Shown here: positions 1 through 9,782 of the stretch, in pieces | How positions within the stretch are numbered: position 1 is the stretch's first letter | How the letters are laid out: each line of letters starts with the position of its first letter | NCBI GenBank assembly: GCA_039208735.1 | Contig: JBCCQY010000057.1 | Coordinates: 1 to 47,332 of the forward strand | Length of the DNA: 47,332 bases | Reading direction: 5' to 3' | Source of the DNA: Myxococcota bacterium | Lineage (GTDB): Bacteria > Myxococcota_A > UBA796 > GCA-2862545 | The notes under the pieces: model-generated | Databases searched by the model: none | Told to the model about the DNA's origin: nothing | The model's input: only the letters and a program-made list of their open reading frames with translations | Made by a program: the position numbers and the translations under genes

Positions 1-710
1 CGAGCAACTCATGGGCCCAGTCCGGGAGCGGATCATCCTCTTCGCCCCAGTAGTGCTCGGATGGGTCCCAGGTGCCCATGGGGTTCAAGCGGAGCGGCTC
101 GATGCCAAGAGCGGCGATGTCGAGTCGCGACGTCGTCAACTCACCGGAGAGGTAGGGGTGGCCAGCGTGTCGCCACTGCTTGCGTCCCTTCACCGCGATG
201 ATCTGCCCCGGAACGACGTTCCAGAGGCCACTGGCGCGCAAAGTCAGCTCGTGACCCGAGGCGAGAGCACGACATCGGGCCGCCTTCTGGCGAACGCCGA
301 GCACTGCAAGCTCGATCGGTGACCCGAGATCGAGCTCGCTCGCGTCGACCTTGTGGCGCTTGGCGGCCTGTGGGGCGTCTGCCTCCACGGGCTCGAGTCC
401 GCGCCACAGGCGATAGGCGTCGATCAGCCGTCGTCCCGGAGAGCCGACTGGGAAGATCGACCGCGGTGAGCTCGACGTTGTACTCGCGACCATCCGGTCG
501 CCGACACCGACCATTCAGGGTGGGTCGGTGAGCTCCCTGAACCTCCACGGAGACCAGCGACATTGGCTCGCCGATGACGACCACGTCGGCAGGAAGCTCG
601 ACCTCGTCCACGAACACGGCGTCGAACGCGGAGATCTGCTCGTCGTCATCATACGCATCCACGATGATGGACGAGACGAGGTCCGAGAGGTCTTGGTCGA
701 GGTCGATCAT
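1..710 (-). pseudogene. Frameshifted paralog of the CcbP-like/TPR protein at 11878-13089; runs off the left edge
   Basis: MIDLDQDLSDLVSSIIVDAYDDDEQISAF... aligns with 11878-13089. An apparent 1-nt insertion near 460 shifts the frame (VELTAV|DLPS vs VELTAVVFPD); DNA similarity continues to position 1. Confidence 0.8.
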
Positions 711-879
711 GGCTGCTCCGGCTTGATGACGAGCAACGTACAGCGCGTCTGTTCGGAAGCGTGGGGATTTGGTTGGTCTTCCGCAGCTCGACCTCGAACG
801 CGTCGCGGACATTCCTTGGCTCGTCACTGTGGGATGGTCGGCGTTTGCAGAGATGCCATGCCGTAAGCTCATTTCACAA

Positions 880-1400
880 CCGATTCCCCGAGATCGGGGT
901 CACCGAGTATCGAGTGGTGATGCCGGTCCTCGATGGGAGAATCGTCGAAGAGCTGCTCTTCGTGGAGATGTATTGCGACGAGCCCGACTGAGATTGTCGT
1001 CGGGTGGTCGTCAAGGTCTTCTCCGAGAAGATGCGACGGGATGGAGGCAGCTTCGAGTTGGCCGACCTCTCGTTCGGGGTGGGAACCCGAGTCCTACTAC
1101 TGCCGCTGGGCGGGGTTCCCGCTTTCGGACGCGCAGCTGAACGACCTCAAGGGCCTGGCCGTGCGAATGCTCACGCTACAGACCGACCGGTCCGACGAGA
1201 TGCTCGGCCACTTTCGTATCCTTCTCGACGACCCCGCCTATATCGACCGGATCTGCCGCACCACCGGATGTTCTGGGCCGCGATCGACGAAGCGCTCGCC
1301 GAACGGTCTCGACCTTGCTCAGGCGACTTTGCGGGCGCAGGGTCAACACGACGACGTCCCCCAGATCGATGTGGAGTCCCTGCGGCCTCTGGCCCGACGG
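880..1400 (+). pseudogene. Disrupted SEC-C-associated-type hypothetical protein (YCDEPxCDCRRV motif)
   Basis: LFVEMYCDEPD*DCRRVVVKV has TGA at 989-991 where Cys is expected. It continues in other frames (GWEPESYYCRWAG...LDDPAYIDRI; HHRMFWAAID). Boundaries approximate. Confidence 0.55.
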
Positions 1401-1561
1401 CATGTGGCGCTATCCTCGTGGCGAGTGACGGATCGGTATCGCGGCCGCGTGCGTCGCGAGGTCGCACCGTAGTCATTGTGACTCGAAGTTCGAGCTCGCC
1501 GATCTGATGGTGCCAACGCCGTAGGGCGCCTTCGGATTCGGGGTCACGGTGGGCTTGCCCC

Positions 1562-2611
1562 TTGGGCATACTGGTTCGGGGAGGTGGCATGAGTACGATC
1601 GTGGGCTTGGCGTGGGCGGTGGGTTGCGGAACGAGTGGCGGCGGGGGGCCAGCGCCCGATCGGGTCGACCCGGTGCCGACCGGAGAACGGCCTGAAGTCA
1701 TCGAGGTCGAGACCTTCGGCTGCTACAGCGAGACCGTCATCGACGACCGACTGCTCGGGGGCACCGCCAACCGCGTGTACTATCGTGGCTACGACGACAC
1801 CGCGCCCGAGCCTCTGAGGGTCTACCAGCTCTGCGACCTCGACGGGGACGGCTTTTGGGACCGCCGCGAGCGCTGGTTCTTCGATGACCGCGGGCTCCAG
1901 ATCCGCTATGAGCGCGACCTTTACGACCCTCGCATCGACACGTCCACCTACGATGACCGCGGCAACGAGGTGCGCTGGACCAGGGACGACGACGGCGATG
2001 GCACGACCGACTACGTCCGCGAGAGCACCTGGGACGCGCAGGACCGTGAGGTGCTCCGCACCATCGACGAGGACGCGGACGGCACCATTGACCGCCGCGA
2101 GGAAACCGTGTGGTCGGACGACGGTCGCACCAAGGTCAAGCGGTTCTACCGAGTGGAGGCGCTCGAGGAGATCCAGGAGTCCGCGTTCGACGAGCAGGGC
2201 CGCCTCGTCGAATTCCGACGCGATGATCTCCTGGATTCGGCTTACGATCGGGTCATCACGCGAACCTACTCGGACGATGGCCGAACAACGGTCGAGACCT
2301 TCGATGAGCCCGCCGATGGTGTGCCCGAGTGGATCGAGACGAACGTGCGCGACGCGCACGGATTGCGCGTGGCGACGGACGCCGCCCGGAGCGACGGCGA
2401 AGTCTATCGCTACGAGCGCCTTTCGTACGACCCGGAAGGTCGCCTGCTGCGATCGTTCTGGGCCAACGACGAGATCGAGAAGACGTCAGAGTCGACCTAC
2501 ACCTACGATGCGCGCGGGCGGACGCTCGAGCGGTACCGTCGCGTCGAGTCGGGTGACGAGGTGTGGGAGGACGAGCTCAGCACGACGACCTACCACGGAA
2601 CGTGCCCATGA
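1562..2611 (+). CDS. Putative lipoprotein with YD/RHS-like and DxDGDG repeats
   Basis: 349-aa ORF (likely ATG start at 1589) with lipobox-like LAWAVGC and repeated TYDDRGN/WDAQDR/FDEQGR/YDPEGR/YDARGR and DDDGDG motifs. Confidence 0.75.
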   Translation: MGILVRGGGMSTIVGLAWAVGCGTSGGGGPAPDRVDPVPTGERPEVIEVETFGCYSETVIDDRLLGGTANRVYYRGYDDTAPEPLRVYQLCDLDGDGFWDRRERWFFDDRGLQIRYERDLYDPRIDTSTYDDRGNEVRWTRDDDGDGTTDYVRESTWDAQDREVLRTIDEDADGTIDRREETVWSDDGRTKVKRFYRVEALEEIQESAFDEQGRLVEFRRDDLLDSAYDRVITRTYSDDGRTTVETFDEPADGVPEWIETNVRDAHGLRVATDAARSDGEVYRYERLSYDPEGRLLRSFWANDEIEKTSESTYTYDARGRTLERYRRVESGDEVWEDELSTTTYHGTCP

Positions 2612-3029
2612 CCTGTTCGTGCAGCATGTGCCTCGTCCGAGCAGCAGCTCGAGTCAGTCGCAGTCTTCGCAGGGAAAGGGGAGCGGGCAGCCGAGCATGA
2701 AGCTCGCGGACCCTTGGCACGTGTCGATCTCCGTGACGTCGCACGCAGCGGCCTGGGCAAACGAGCCATCCGAAACCCATCGGTGAAGCACGTGCAGGTC
2801 GTTCCATCGCAGTCGTGCCCTTGACTCGCTCCGGCATTTACTCTACCGACTTCGAGACACCACCGCTCCAGAGAAATCCGCCCTTACCGGTTCCGGCACG
2901 TCATTCGGCAGCCGCTGGATCTCCCAGCGTCCGAGGTCGGAGGATGCGATGGCGGACGAAGCAGGCTGGCGGGGTCGGTTCGAACCCTTGGTAAACGGGT
3001 GTTCTTGGGCCGGCGAGGGAACGGCGCTG

Positions 3030-3500
3030 CGCTACCGGGACCACAAACTGTGCTGGTTCACGGGTGACCTCGAGCTGCTGGGGTCGACTCCGCGACGACA
3101 ACTACAATTACCCAGCGTGGTGACGCTTCCCTACTCGCAGTGGACCTGGGCGACGGTGTGCCGCTCGACGGCTGCGACCCATGATCTCGGCGCGGGCAAG
3201 CGCGACTTCAATGCCGACTACCAAGAGTTCATGGACCACCTGGGGATAAAGCCGCGGACGATCGCGGTCGGCAAGAGCAACCAGAACGGCCCGGTGGAGG
3301 CGCGCAACGGTGCTTGAAGCGTCGCCTCGAGCAGCACCTGCTGCTCCACGGCAGCCGCGACTTCGCGACGGTGGCCGACTACGAGGCTTGGCTGGCCACG
3401 GTGCTCGACAAGGCCAACGCGACGCGATCGGTCCGGGTGACCGAGGAGAAGGCGGTCATGGAGCCGTTGACGGCGAGTCGCCTGCAGCGGATGTGTGGCT
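3030..3500 (+). mobile_element. istA: IS21-family transposase (IstA) remnant
   Basis: VVTLPYSQWTWATVCRS...FNADYQEFMDHLGIKPRTIAVGKSNQNGPVEARNG, then a frameshift to LKRRLEQHLLLHGSRDFATVADYEAWL; internally deleted; no istB seen. Confidence 0.75.
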
Positions 3501-3639
3501 CGATGTGTCCAGGTTCGATCATAGCGGCGCGCAGTCGGACCCCTTCGATCTCGCGAACCATGACGAGCAGCGCGAGGTCGGGAAGGTCTTCCATAGGGCT
3601 GTTCGGACGTGTCCGGGGAAGCGGATAAGCGACAGCCTT

Positions 3640-3960
3640 CCGTAGAGTTTGTTCGCCAACCGTCCTTCCACACGGAAGCGGAGCTCCTCATAGAGCATGC
3701 CCTCGGTCTCGATGGTCGGGTGACGTGGATCGGGAACCACCAGGTAGGTGAAGAAGTCATCGAGGTCGAGGCGACCGGCTTCCTGTAGCCGCATCAGCGT
3801 GTCCAAAGAGGACCTGAGCACGCGAAGGTCCAGGTCCTGGCTGGTCCGAGCACGCTCGAGTCGGAGCTCGAGAACCATGCCGCCTTCAGCATCACCGCGT
3901 CGCCGAGATGCACGAACAGCCGGGCGAGATATCGCTCGAAGACCACGAGCTACCGGATCC
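3640..3960 (-). pseudogene. AbiEii/AbiGii nucleotidyltransferase toxin fragment (type IV TA)
   Basis: RIR*LVVFERYLARLFVHLGDAVMLK, then a frameshift to GGMVLELRLERARTSQDLDL...DFFTYLV...RFRVEGRLANKLYGR (KGG...RxTxDxD-type motif). Truncated on its 3' side, ~100 bp from the IS21 remnant. Confidence 0.75.
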
Positions 3961-4071
3961 GTGGAAGCCAAGCTCTCCAGCTTGGCCCGTCGTGAAGAGG
4001 CCAGCCTGGGAGACTGACAGCTCGAGGAGCGCGTCCCAGTTGGGTGGACGGTGTGGCTCGAAATCACTCAC
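3960..4071 (-). pseudogene. AbiEi antitoxin N-terminal fragment, fused by deletion to the AbiEii remnant
   Basis: VSDFEPHRPPNWDALLELSVSQAGLFTTGQAGELGF, homologous to 6500-6590. Confidence 0.7.
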
Positions 4072-4104
4072 GCACAAAACCGAAGTGCTGCTGCGGTTGT
4101 GTGC
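4072..4104. promoter_or_regulatory. Inverted repeat directly upstream of abiEi (probable operator)
   Basis: GCACAAAACCG-N11-CGGTTGTGTGC (10/11 match). An equivalent repeat, GCGCAAAACC...GGTTCTGCGC, lies at 6611-6643 before the second abiEi copy. Confidence 0.55.
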
Positions 4105-4285
4105 AGAGCGATGCTCGAGCGAGAGAATTCCTCGACGCGTCCTCCAGAGTCGCCCTCCGAAGACCGTCCCGAAGATCGGCCGGTTGGCGCACCGGGGTGC
4201 CGGCGGACCTTGGCATGTGATGTGGGTCCGGCTATGCTCCGAGAGTGAGTCGCACCGACTCGCTCCGAGTCGCTTGGAGGTTGGA

Positions 4286-4549
4286 ATGGAGCAACTGACT
4301 GTCCGGGGCTTCGGACCCGAGGTGGAGCGTCGCCTTCGTGAGCTCGCTGACCGAGAGAACATCTCGCTGAGCCAGGCTGCCATGAGACTCATCCGAAGGG
4401 GGGCCGGGCTCGAGCCCATGCCGGCCGAGGCGCGAGCCATCGGTGGTGCACTCGACGACTTCATCGGTTCGTGGACCGACGAGCAGGCGAGGGAGTTCGA
4501 GGAGGCGCTGAATCCGCTCGATCAGGTCGATCCCGAGTTGTGGCAGTGA
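4286..4549 (+). CDS. FitA/VapB-like ribbon-helix-helix antitoxin
   Basis: GGAGG RBS then MEQLTVRGFGPEVERRLRELADRENISLSQAA...FIGSWT...DPELWQ; the stop overlaps the toxin start (GTGA). Confidence 0.8.
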   Translation: MEQLTVRGFGPEVERRLRELADRENISLSQAAMRLIRRGAGLEPMPAEARAIGGALDDFIGSWTDEQAREFEEALNPLDQVDPELWQ

Positions 4550-4953
4550 GCGCAGAGCGGATCGTAATCGACACGAACGCGTGGTCCGACCTCATGCGCG
4601 GCGCCCCAGCGGTGACGCGAATCGTACGGGCTGCGCATCGAGTGCTCATGTCGGCGATCGTCGTGGGCGAGCTGGAGTACGGCTTTCGACGAGGGGCGTG
4701 GATGGAAACCAACCTGGAGCGGCTCGACAGGTTCCTTGCTAATCCGCACGTCCGCTTCCTGTTCGTCACGAGGACAACGTCGGACAGGTTTGGCCGAATC
4801 CTCTCCGCCCTCCGAGCAAAGGGGACCCCCATTCCGACGAACGATGTCTGGATCGCCGCGCACGCCCTTGAGACTGGCGGAACGCTCGTGACGCGAGACA
4901 AGCACTTCGAGCAGGTCGATGGCCTACCTCTCATCGAAATCCCCACCCCCTGA
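4546..4953 (+). CDS. vapC: VapC-family PIN-domain toxin
   Basis: IVIDTNAW...IVVGELEYG...KGTPIPTNDVWIAAHALETGGTLVTRDKHF; PIN acidic residues present. Confidence 0.9.
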   Translation: MSAERIVIDTNAWSDLMRGAPAVTRIVRAAHRVLMSAIVVGELEYGFRRGAWMETNLERLDRFLANPHVRFLFVTRTTSDRFGRILSALRAKGTPIPTNDVWIAAHALETGGTLVTRDKHFEQVDGLPLIEIPTP

Positions 4954-4978
4954 TCCGATCGAGCGAGCCCGCCTGGAA

Positions 4979-5138
4979 TATGCCGGCTCGGTATGCCGAC
5001 CTCCACGTGCACCGAGATGCATCCGAATCACCTCCATGACCTTCGGTGCGCACACCGGACACGCCAGAACCTCCACCAGCACCGCCAGATCGAGCTTCGG
5101 GAGCAGGAAGTCGTAGGTTCGAATCCTGCCACCCCGAC
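4979..5138 (+). repeat. att-like element copy A: ~115-bp conserved arm plus tRNA-Pro(CGG) 3' half (5094-5138)
   Basis: ...GCACCGCCAGATCGA GC TTCGGGA GCAGG AAGTC GTAGG TTCGAAT CCTGC CACCCCG AC: anticodon loop (CGG), 3' anticodon stem, T-arm and 3' acceptor strand; no 5' half. Confidence 0.85.
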
Positions 5139-5510
5139 TCGCATCTTCCGGCGTTGAGCCTGGCTCCTCCGGATATTGGTTGGGCGACGGTTCGGCGGGT
5201 ATGCCGAGTCTGGTATGCCGACTTTGAATATGGTGTTCAACTTGCCAAACTTCCGATGTTTGATCACAGCTCGGGTCGTTTGATGCATCTGAATTTAGCA
5301 ATCGCAAGATCACCCAAGTCCGATGCCTATCGCGGCAGTCGGCATACCGTTCGCCAGACCTTCCATTGGGCTGATCCGTCCTGCCATCTTGCCCTTCGGC
5401 ACTACTGCCTGGTGGCAGGCGCGCGGCCATCGGGACGTGGGCTGGTCTCGCTCGCAACCGCGACGCCGAAGTGTGGGCGAGGCGACGGAGTCCAGGATAA
5501 GCAGTTAGTC

Positions 5511-5738
5511 ATGAGCAAACCCGCCCGCGACCTCACGAACCGCGCCCTCGGCCTTCCTGAGGAGGAACGGCTGGCGCTTGCCGCAGAGCTGATTGACAGC
5601 GTCGAAGGCGCAGCCGACCCTGAGTGGGAAGCGGCGTGGCTCGAGGAACTTGAGCGCCGCAAGACGCACGGAACATCGGACGCCAAGCCGTGGAGCGAGG
5701 TGAGGGCTCGTTTGCTACGACGCTTGAGCGGTTCGTGA
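5511..5738 (+). CDS. Addiction-module antitoxin (TIGR02574-like)
   Basis: ALGLPEEERLALAAELIDSV...EAAWLEELERR...KPWSEVRARL; overlaps the downstream toxin start. Confidence 0.85.
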   Translation: MSKPARDLTNRALGLPEEERLALAAELIDSVEGAADPEWEAAWLEELERRKTHGTSDAKPWSEVRARLLRRLSGS

Positions 5739-6044
5739 CGCTACCCGTCGTCGTTCATGCAGACGCCGAAGACGAGATCACGGAGGCCGCCATCTGGTAC
5801 GAGGCGCGCCGACCGGGCTTCGGGTTGGAGTTCGTCGCGGCCATCGATCGCTCGGTGCTCGAGATCGGCGAGAACCCGAGCAGCTCCAAGCATGGAACCC
5901 ACCTTGGCGACGCGTCGTTCTTCAGGCTTCCCCTTCGTGATCTTCTACGAGATCGAGCAGGATCGCGTCGTCGTGATGGCGGTCGCTCACGCCAGGAGAC
6001 GTCTCGGCTACTGGGTGACACGCCGGCCTCCACCGGTTCCGTGA
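5735..6044 (+). pseudogene. RelE/ParE-family toxin, frameshifted
   Basis: VHADAEDEITEAAIWYEARRPGFGLEFVAAIDR...ENP in one frame and FPFVIFYEIEQDRVVVMAVAHARRRLGYW in another; shift near 5890-5920. Confidence 0.8.
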
Positions 6045-6063
6045 CGACCGCTCTGGTGGCGCC

Positions 6064-6156
6064 TATGACGATCCAGTACGTCAAGCGCGATGTGCATCCA
6101 GGTGCATCCGAATCACTTTCATGACCTTCGGCGCGCACTCCGGACACGCTAGAGCC
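6064..6156 (+). repeat. att-like element copy B (arm only, tRNA core missing)
   Basis: GTGCATCCAGGTGCATCCGAATCACTTTCATGACCTTCGGCGCGCACTCCGGACACGCTAGA matches the arm of copies A and C, then diverges into the abiEi remnant. Confidence 0.75.
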
Positions 6157-6189
6157 TGCGCAGCGCTCCCGCCTCGTGCTCCAGCAGTT

Positions 6190-6590
6190 GACCTCGCCCG
6201 AGGGCCTGAGCGTGCGGGTGACCGTCGTGACCGGCACGTGACCAACCCACGTCCGATCCGAGTCGTCGATGTCCGAATAGTGCAGCCTCACGACGTCGGG
6301 GACCGCAGCCGACGCCGTGACCACGCAGCGGGGACGATCAGGTCGATCTGCGACGGAGGACATCGGACAGGTCGAAGAGCGCCAGCGCAGTCCTCATTCC
6401 GAACACACCTCGGCACGCCGACCACAGCCAGGTCTCCAAGAGCTGCTCGTCATCCGAGGGAGGCCGGCCTCGCTTCAGGTGGTGGAGCAGGAGTTCTGGT
6501 GAGAAACCGAGATCTCCAGCTTGGGCCGTCGTGAAGAGGCCAGCCTGAGTGACCGCCAGCGGGAGGAGCGCGTTTCAGTCGGGTGAAGAT
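6190..6590 (-). pseudogene. AbiEi antitoxin pseudogene (second copy)
   Basis: PD*NALLPLAVTQAGLFTTAQAGDLGFSPELLLHHLKRG...WLWS...TALALFDLSDVL and VRLHYSDIDDSDRTWVGHVPVTTVTRTL; premature TGA, deletion and frameshifts. Confidence 0.75.
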
Positions 6591-6654
6591 CGGCGTCGTT
6601 CAGAACCCACGCGCAAAACCTAAGCCAGGCTTTGGTTCTGCGCAAGACGACCTC

Positions 6655-6750
6655 CGAGGCCAGGAACTCTTCGAAGCGCTCCTCCAGGAACGCCTGACGC
6701 GGATGGTCTTCGCCCTGCCGGGCAACCGAATCGTTCTCCCGCCCGAGATG
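6655..6750 (-). pseudogene. C-terminal remnant of a probable HNH endonuclease
   Basis: GRTIRLPG / EDHPRQAFLEERFEEFLAS; related DNA at ~4120-4155 and 10325-10360. Family assignment is from recall only. Confidence 0.45.
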
Positions 6751-6990
6751 CTTTCCGTCAGCCGAGCGCACGTGAGTCGCGTCGAGAGCGCCACCAACGG
6801 ACCGTCGGCCCGTGTGTTGCGCGCCTGGTATTCCGCCTGCGGCTACACGTTGACCGCCACCGCGGAGAGTGAATCTGACGTCAGCCTCCGCCAGGCCCTG
6901 TACGGAAACGAGCTGGTGGACCGTGGCCGGCCCGTCTGTCTTCCACGTACGCTGTTCACTGACGCGAATCCCTACGTCGCAGGTCCGTTG

Positions 6991-7572
6991 TCAGTCAGCT
7001 GCTGGATCCATGCCGGCGAAGTCGTAGAGCTCGTCGAGGGAAAGAACGATGTCGAGCGACTCCAGTGCGACGTTGCCAGTTGTGATCTCGTGGATGAACC
7101 ATCCTCCCTCGACGCGTCGTCGGACCTCGACTCTCTGCTCGTCCTGGCTGATCAGCACGTACTCCTGGAGGCTGTCGATGCGCCGATAGTGCTGGAACTT
7201 GGTCCCCCGATCATGGCTCTCGGTGTGGGGCGACAGCACCTCGAACAGCACCCTGGGGTTCACCACTGCGTGGTCGTCCTCCGCATCGTAGGCGTAGTGT
7301 CCACAGATCACGGTCAGATCGGCGTAGAAGCTTCCGCCGGTCGCGGGGACCCGAATCTTCTGGTCACTGTCCGCTGCGTGGCAGCCCGACCCCTTCAAGC
7401 GAGGGAATACGGCCCCGAGGAGGTTCGTCTTGATGCGAGCGTGCCTCGGGCTGCCCCCCGACATCGCGTAGGGCACGCCATCGATCAGCTCGTGACGCTC
7501 GCCCGTCTGCTCCTCGAGCGACCGCAGCTCCGAGGGGGTGAGTCGACGTGGCTCTTCGGCGGTCTGGGACAT
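6991..7572 (-). CDS. Uma2-family (DUF820) PD-(D/E)xK endonuclease
   Basis: ERHELIDGVPYAMSGGSPRH...FYADLTVIC...NPRVLFEVLSPHTESHDRGTKFQHYRRIDSLQEYVLISQD. Confidence 0.9.
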   Translation of the reverse strand: MSQTAEEPRRLTPSELRSLEEQTGERHELIDGVPYAMSGGSPRHARIKTNLLGAVFPRLKGSGCHAADSDQKIRVPATGGSFYADLTVICGHYAYDAEDDHAVVNPRVLFEVLSPHTESHDRGTKFQHYRRIDSLQEYVLISQDEQRVEVRRRVEGGWFIHEITTGNVALESLDIVLSLDELYDFAGMDPAAD

Positions 7573-7625
7573 CTGGTCACCTTCCTCGGACATCCTACTG
7601 CCATCAGCAACCGCCGCACAGGGTC

Positions 7626-7787
7626 GGTATGACCGCTCGATATGCCGACTTCGATGTGTATCCAGATGCACCCGAATCACCTCCATGGCCTTCGGCGCGA
7701 ACGCTGGACACGCCAGGACCTCCACTAGCACCGCCAGATCGAGCTTCGGGAGCAGGAAGTCGCAGGTTCGAATCCTGCCACCCCGAC
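7626..7787 (+). repeat. att-like element copy C: arm plus tRNA-Pro(CGG) 3' half (7743-7787)
   Basis: GCACCGCCAGATCGAGCTTCGGGAGCAGGAAGTCGCAGGTTCGAATCCTGCCACCCCGAC; perfect T-stem GCAGG/CCTGC. Confidence 0.85.
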
Positions 7788-8081
7788 GATTAGTTTGGCA
7801 TGCCGACTCTGGCAAAGTCGGCATTCCGGGCAATGCTGTCGAGGGATGTGGCTTAAACCTTGGTTCTTCGATGGCCGAGCGCGTGTCCGGCAGGCAGGCG
7901 TGCGGTCAGCTCCTGGCGCACTCATTGCCACTTGGCATGGTGGCAGGTCATGACTCAGCACGGGATTGAGACGCTGCTCGTCGGTCTCGCGAAGGCGGTT
8001 GTGAGCCACCCCAACCACAGGATTATTCTCCAGCCTCCGGCTAGCTTCGTCCGATCTTCGACGACGATGGGCCAAGGCCTG

Positions 8082-8345
8082 TCACGCTGCCGACGACGAA
8101 GGGGCGTCCCCCTTCACCGCGGGATGGTCCATTGGGCTGCCCAACAGGAGCCTGCCCAGCTCGTCCGATGCGCCCTCGTAGAAGCCGACCTCCACGTCGA
8201 CCGCCTCTGGGTTGGAGAACGTGCCGAAGAGCAGGTCGAAGATCGAGGTGTTGCCAAAGTTGCCGTAATGCACGCCACGTTCGTGATGCATCGTGTGCTG
8301 CTCGGGCCGCATCACGAACCAACCGAGCCAACGCGGCGTCTTCGA
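8082..8345 (-). pseudogene. Sterol desaturase/fatty-acid hydroxylase family C-terminal fragment
   Basis: KTPRWLGWFVMRPEQHTMHHERGVHYGNFGNTSIFDLLFGTF (HxxHH box, DxLFGT); N-terminus missing. Confidence 0.7.
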
Positions 8346-8369
8346 CGAGCGCGTCTTCGCTCCGCTGGG

Positions 8370-8820
8370 GGCTCGAGGTGACCCGATTCGCCGTGCCCGA
8401 CTCCGTGCCCTCCGAACTCGTGGAGGGCTACGTCGACCTGCGCAACGACGGTCGCCTGGTCGAGAGCACGATGTTCAGCGGGTGGGACGTGCACGCCGAC
8501 GGCGGCCTGCTGAGCCGGTCCAGCGATCTGGCGCTGCTGATGCGCGGGGCCAACGACGGATCGCTGCTGTCGGAGGAGCTGACCGACGCGATGCATGTGG
8601 TGCGCGCACCCGACGGCGGACAGGAATTCTTCGACATCGCTTCGGCCTTGGCGTGTTCCGCATCGACACGCCGCAGGGCGTGCGGTGGCATCACAGCGGC
8701 GACGCCATCGGCTACTGGGCCACCGCGCTGGTGCGGGAGTCCGACGGCCTCGCGGTCTCGTGGGGCGTCAACGGCAACTACGGCACGCTCGACGAAGTGC
8801 TGGCGAGCCTGGGCTCCTGA
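8370..8820 (+). pseudogene. Serine hydrolase (beta-lactamase-like) C-terminal fragment
   Basis: ADGGLLSRSSDLALLMRG...LLSEELTDAM, then a frameshift to FGLGVFRIDTPQGVRWHHSGDAIGYW. Confidence 0.6.
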
Positions 8821-8989
8821 CGTGAGACCATCCGGCCCGTGCTGCTCGGAGCCTCGACTCGCACGGCCAGTGCCGGAAGTCCGCACCGAAGGACGCAAAC
8901 GCAGCCCCGACCTCGACAAGACAGGCGTCGACAAGTTTCGAATTCGGATGCGTCGGCTGTGGCGAGCCGGATGTCCGTTCCACCGGGAA

Positions 8990-9090
8990 GAAACGGCTCC
9001 GAGAGGAGATACCAGCACTGGACTGTGCGCGGCGACGAGATGCCGGAGGTGCTCGAACGCGGCGAGGCGAATTGCGAAGTCGGCATCCAC
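8990..9090 (-). pseudogene. N-terminal remnant of a probable HNH endonuclease
   Basis: MDADFAIRLAAFEHLRHL resembles the 'VRLAAFxWL' N-terminus of an HNH family; coding signal is lost after ~30 codons. Confidence 0.45.
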
Positions 9091-9140
9091 CCCTGACTGC
9101 GGGAACTCTGCCTGTGCTAATGCCGGTCCAGTACGCAGCC

Positions 9141-9722
9141 TCAGCGTGGCGGAAGGAGGTCGCTCAACTCGATTCTGCGACCCTCGACCTCGAAACCCTC
9201 GCCGTCGACGAGCAGAGCAACCCGCGAATACTCGGCTGCGTCCTCCCGCGGGGCCGTGAAGACGGTGGCGCGTCGGGCAGGGACGTCCACCTGGCAGTAG
9301 CAGGGCACTCCTGCCGCGGCGTAGATGACCGCCTTGGCGCGATCGAGGGCCTGGCTCGTGACGGAGAGTTCAACCGCGATCACGACGTCTTGCCCCGTTG
9401 GATGGACCTCGAGGAAGTCGGCCGCGGAGCCACGAATGACCGTGCAATCCGGCTCGGGCATGTTGTGTTCGCCGGCCACGATGGGGGAGTGGTCCTGAAC
9501 GTGATGGCCTTCGCTGAACGTCCGCACGAGCGCTTGGTGAACGAGGACGGTCAGACCTCGATGCAAGGGTCCCTGAGGGCTCACGACGATCAGATCTCCA
9601 TCGAGCAGCTCCAGCGGCTCGTCTTCATCGAGTGCACCGGCCTTTACCATCCGCAGTACATCGTCTACGGTGAGTCGGCGCCGCTGGAACGCTGGGTTGT
9701 CCACTCCAACCTCCGCTCTCAT
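9141..9722 (-). CDS. Uma2-family endonuclease
   Basis: RRRLTVDDVLRMVKAGALDEDEPLELLDGDLIVVSPQGPLH...MPEPDCTVI...AVELSVTSQALDRAKAVIYAAAGVPCY. Confidence 0.9.
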   Translation of the reverse strand: MRAEVGVDNPAFQRRRLTVDDVLRMVKAGALDEDEPLELLDGDLIVVSPQGPLHRGLTVLVHQALVRTFSEGHHVQDHSPIVAGEHNMPEPDCTVIRGSAADFLEVHPTGQDVVIAVELSVTSQALDRAKAVIYAAAGVPCYCQVDVPARRATVFTAPREDAAEYSRVALLVDGEGFEVEGRRIELSDLLPPR

Positions 9723-9782
9723 CGTACTCTGGCTGCCGGTAGCCAGCGAGCGACGCTTTATCTTGCGCTCATATGTCCAGTT

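Noticed and set aside
4990..5100. The arm read on the minus strand (LVEVLACPVCAPKVMEVIRMHL) as an IS91-like transposase C-terminus or a real ORF
   Set aside because: The resemblance is superficial, no transposase body is adjacent, and the frame runs antisense through the tRNA fragment. Not fully excluded without an HMM search.
5060..5140. Intact tRNA-Pro genes at the repeated elements
   Set aside because: There is no 5' acceptor strand, D-arm or full 5' anticodon stem; only 3' halves are present.
6583..7632. 349-aa plus-strand ORF
   Set aside because: Mostly an antisense shadow of Uma2; only ~6745-6900 resembles an XRE-HTH fragment (VSRAHVSRVES), too weak to call.
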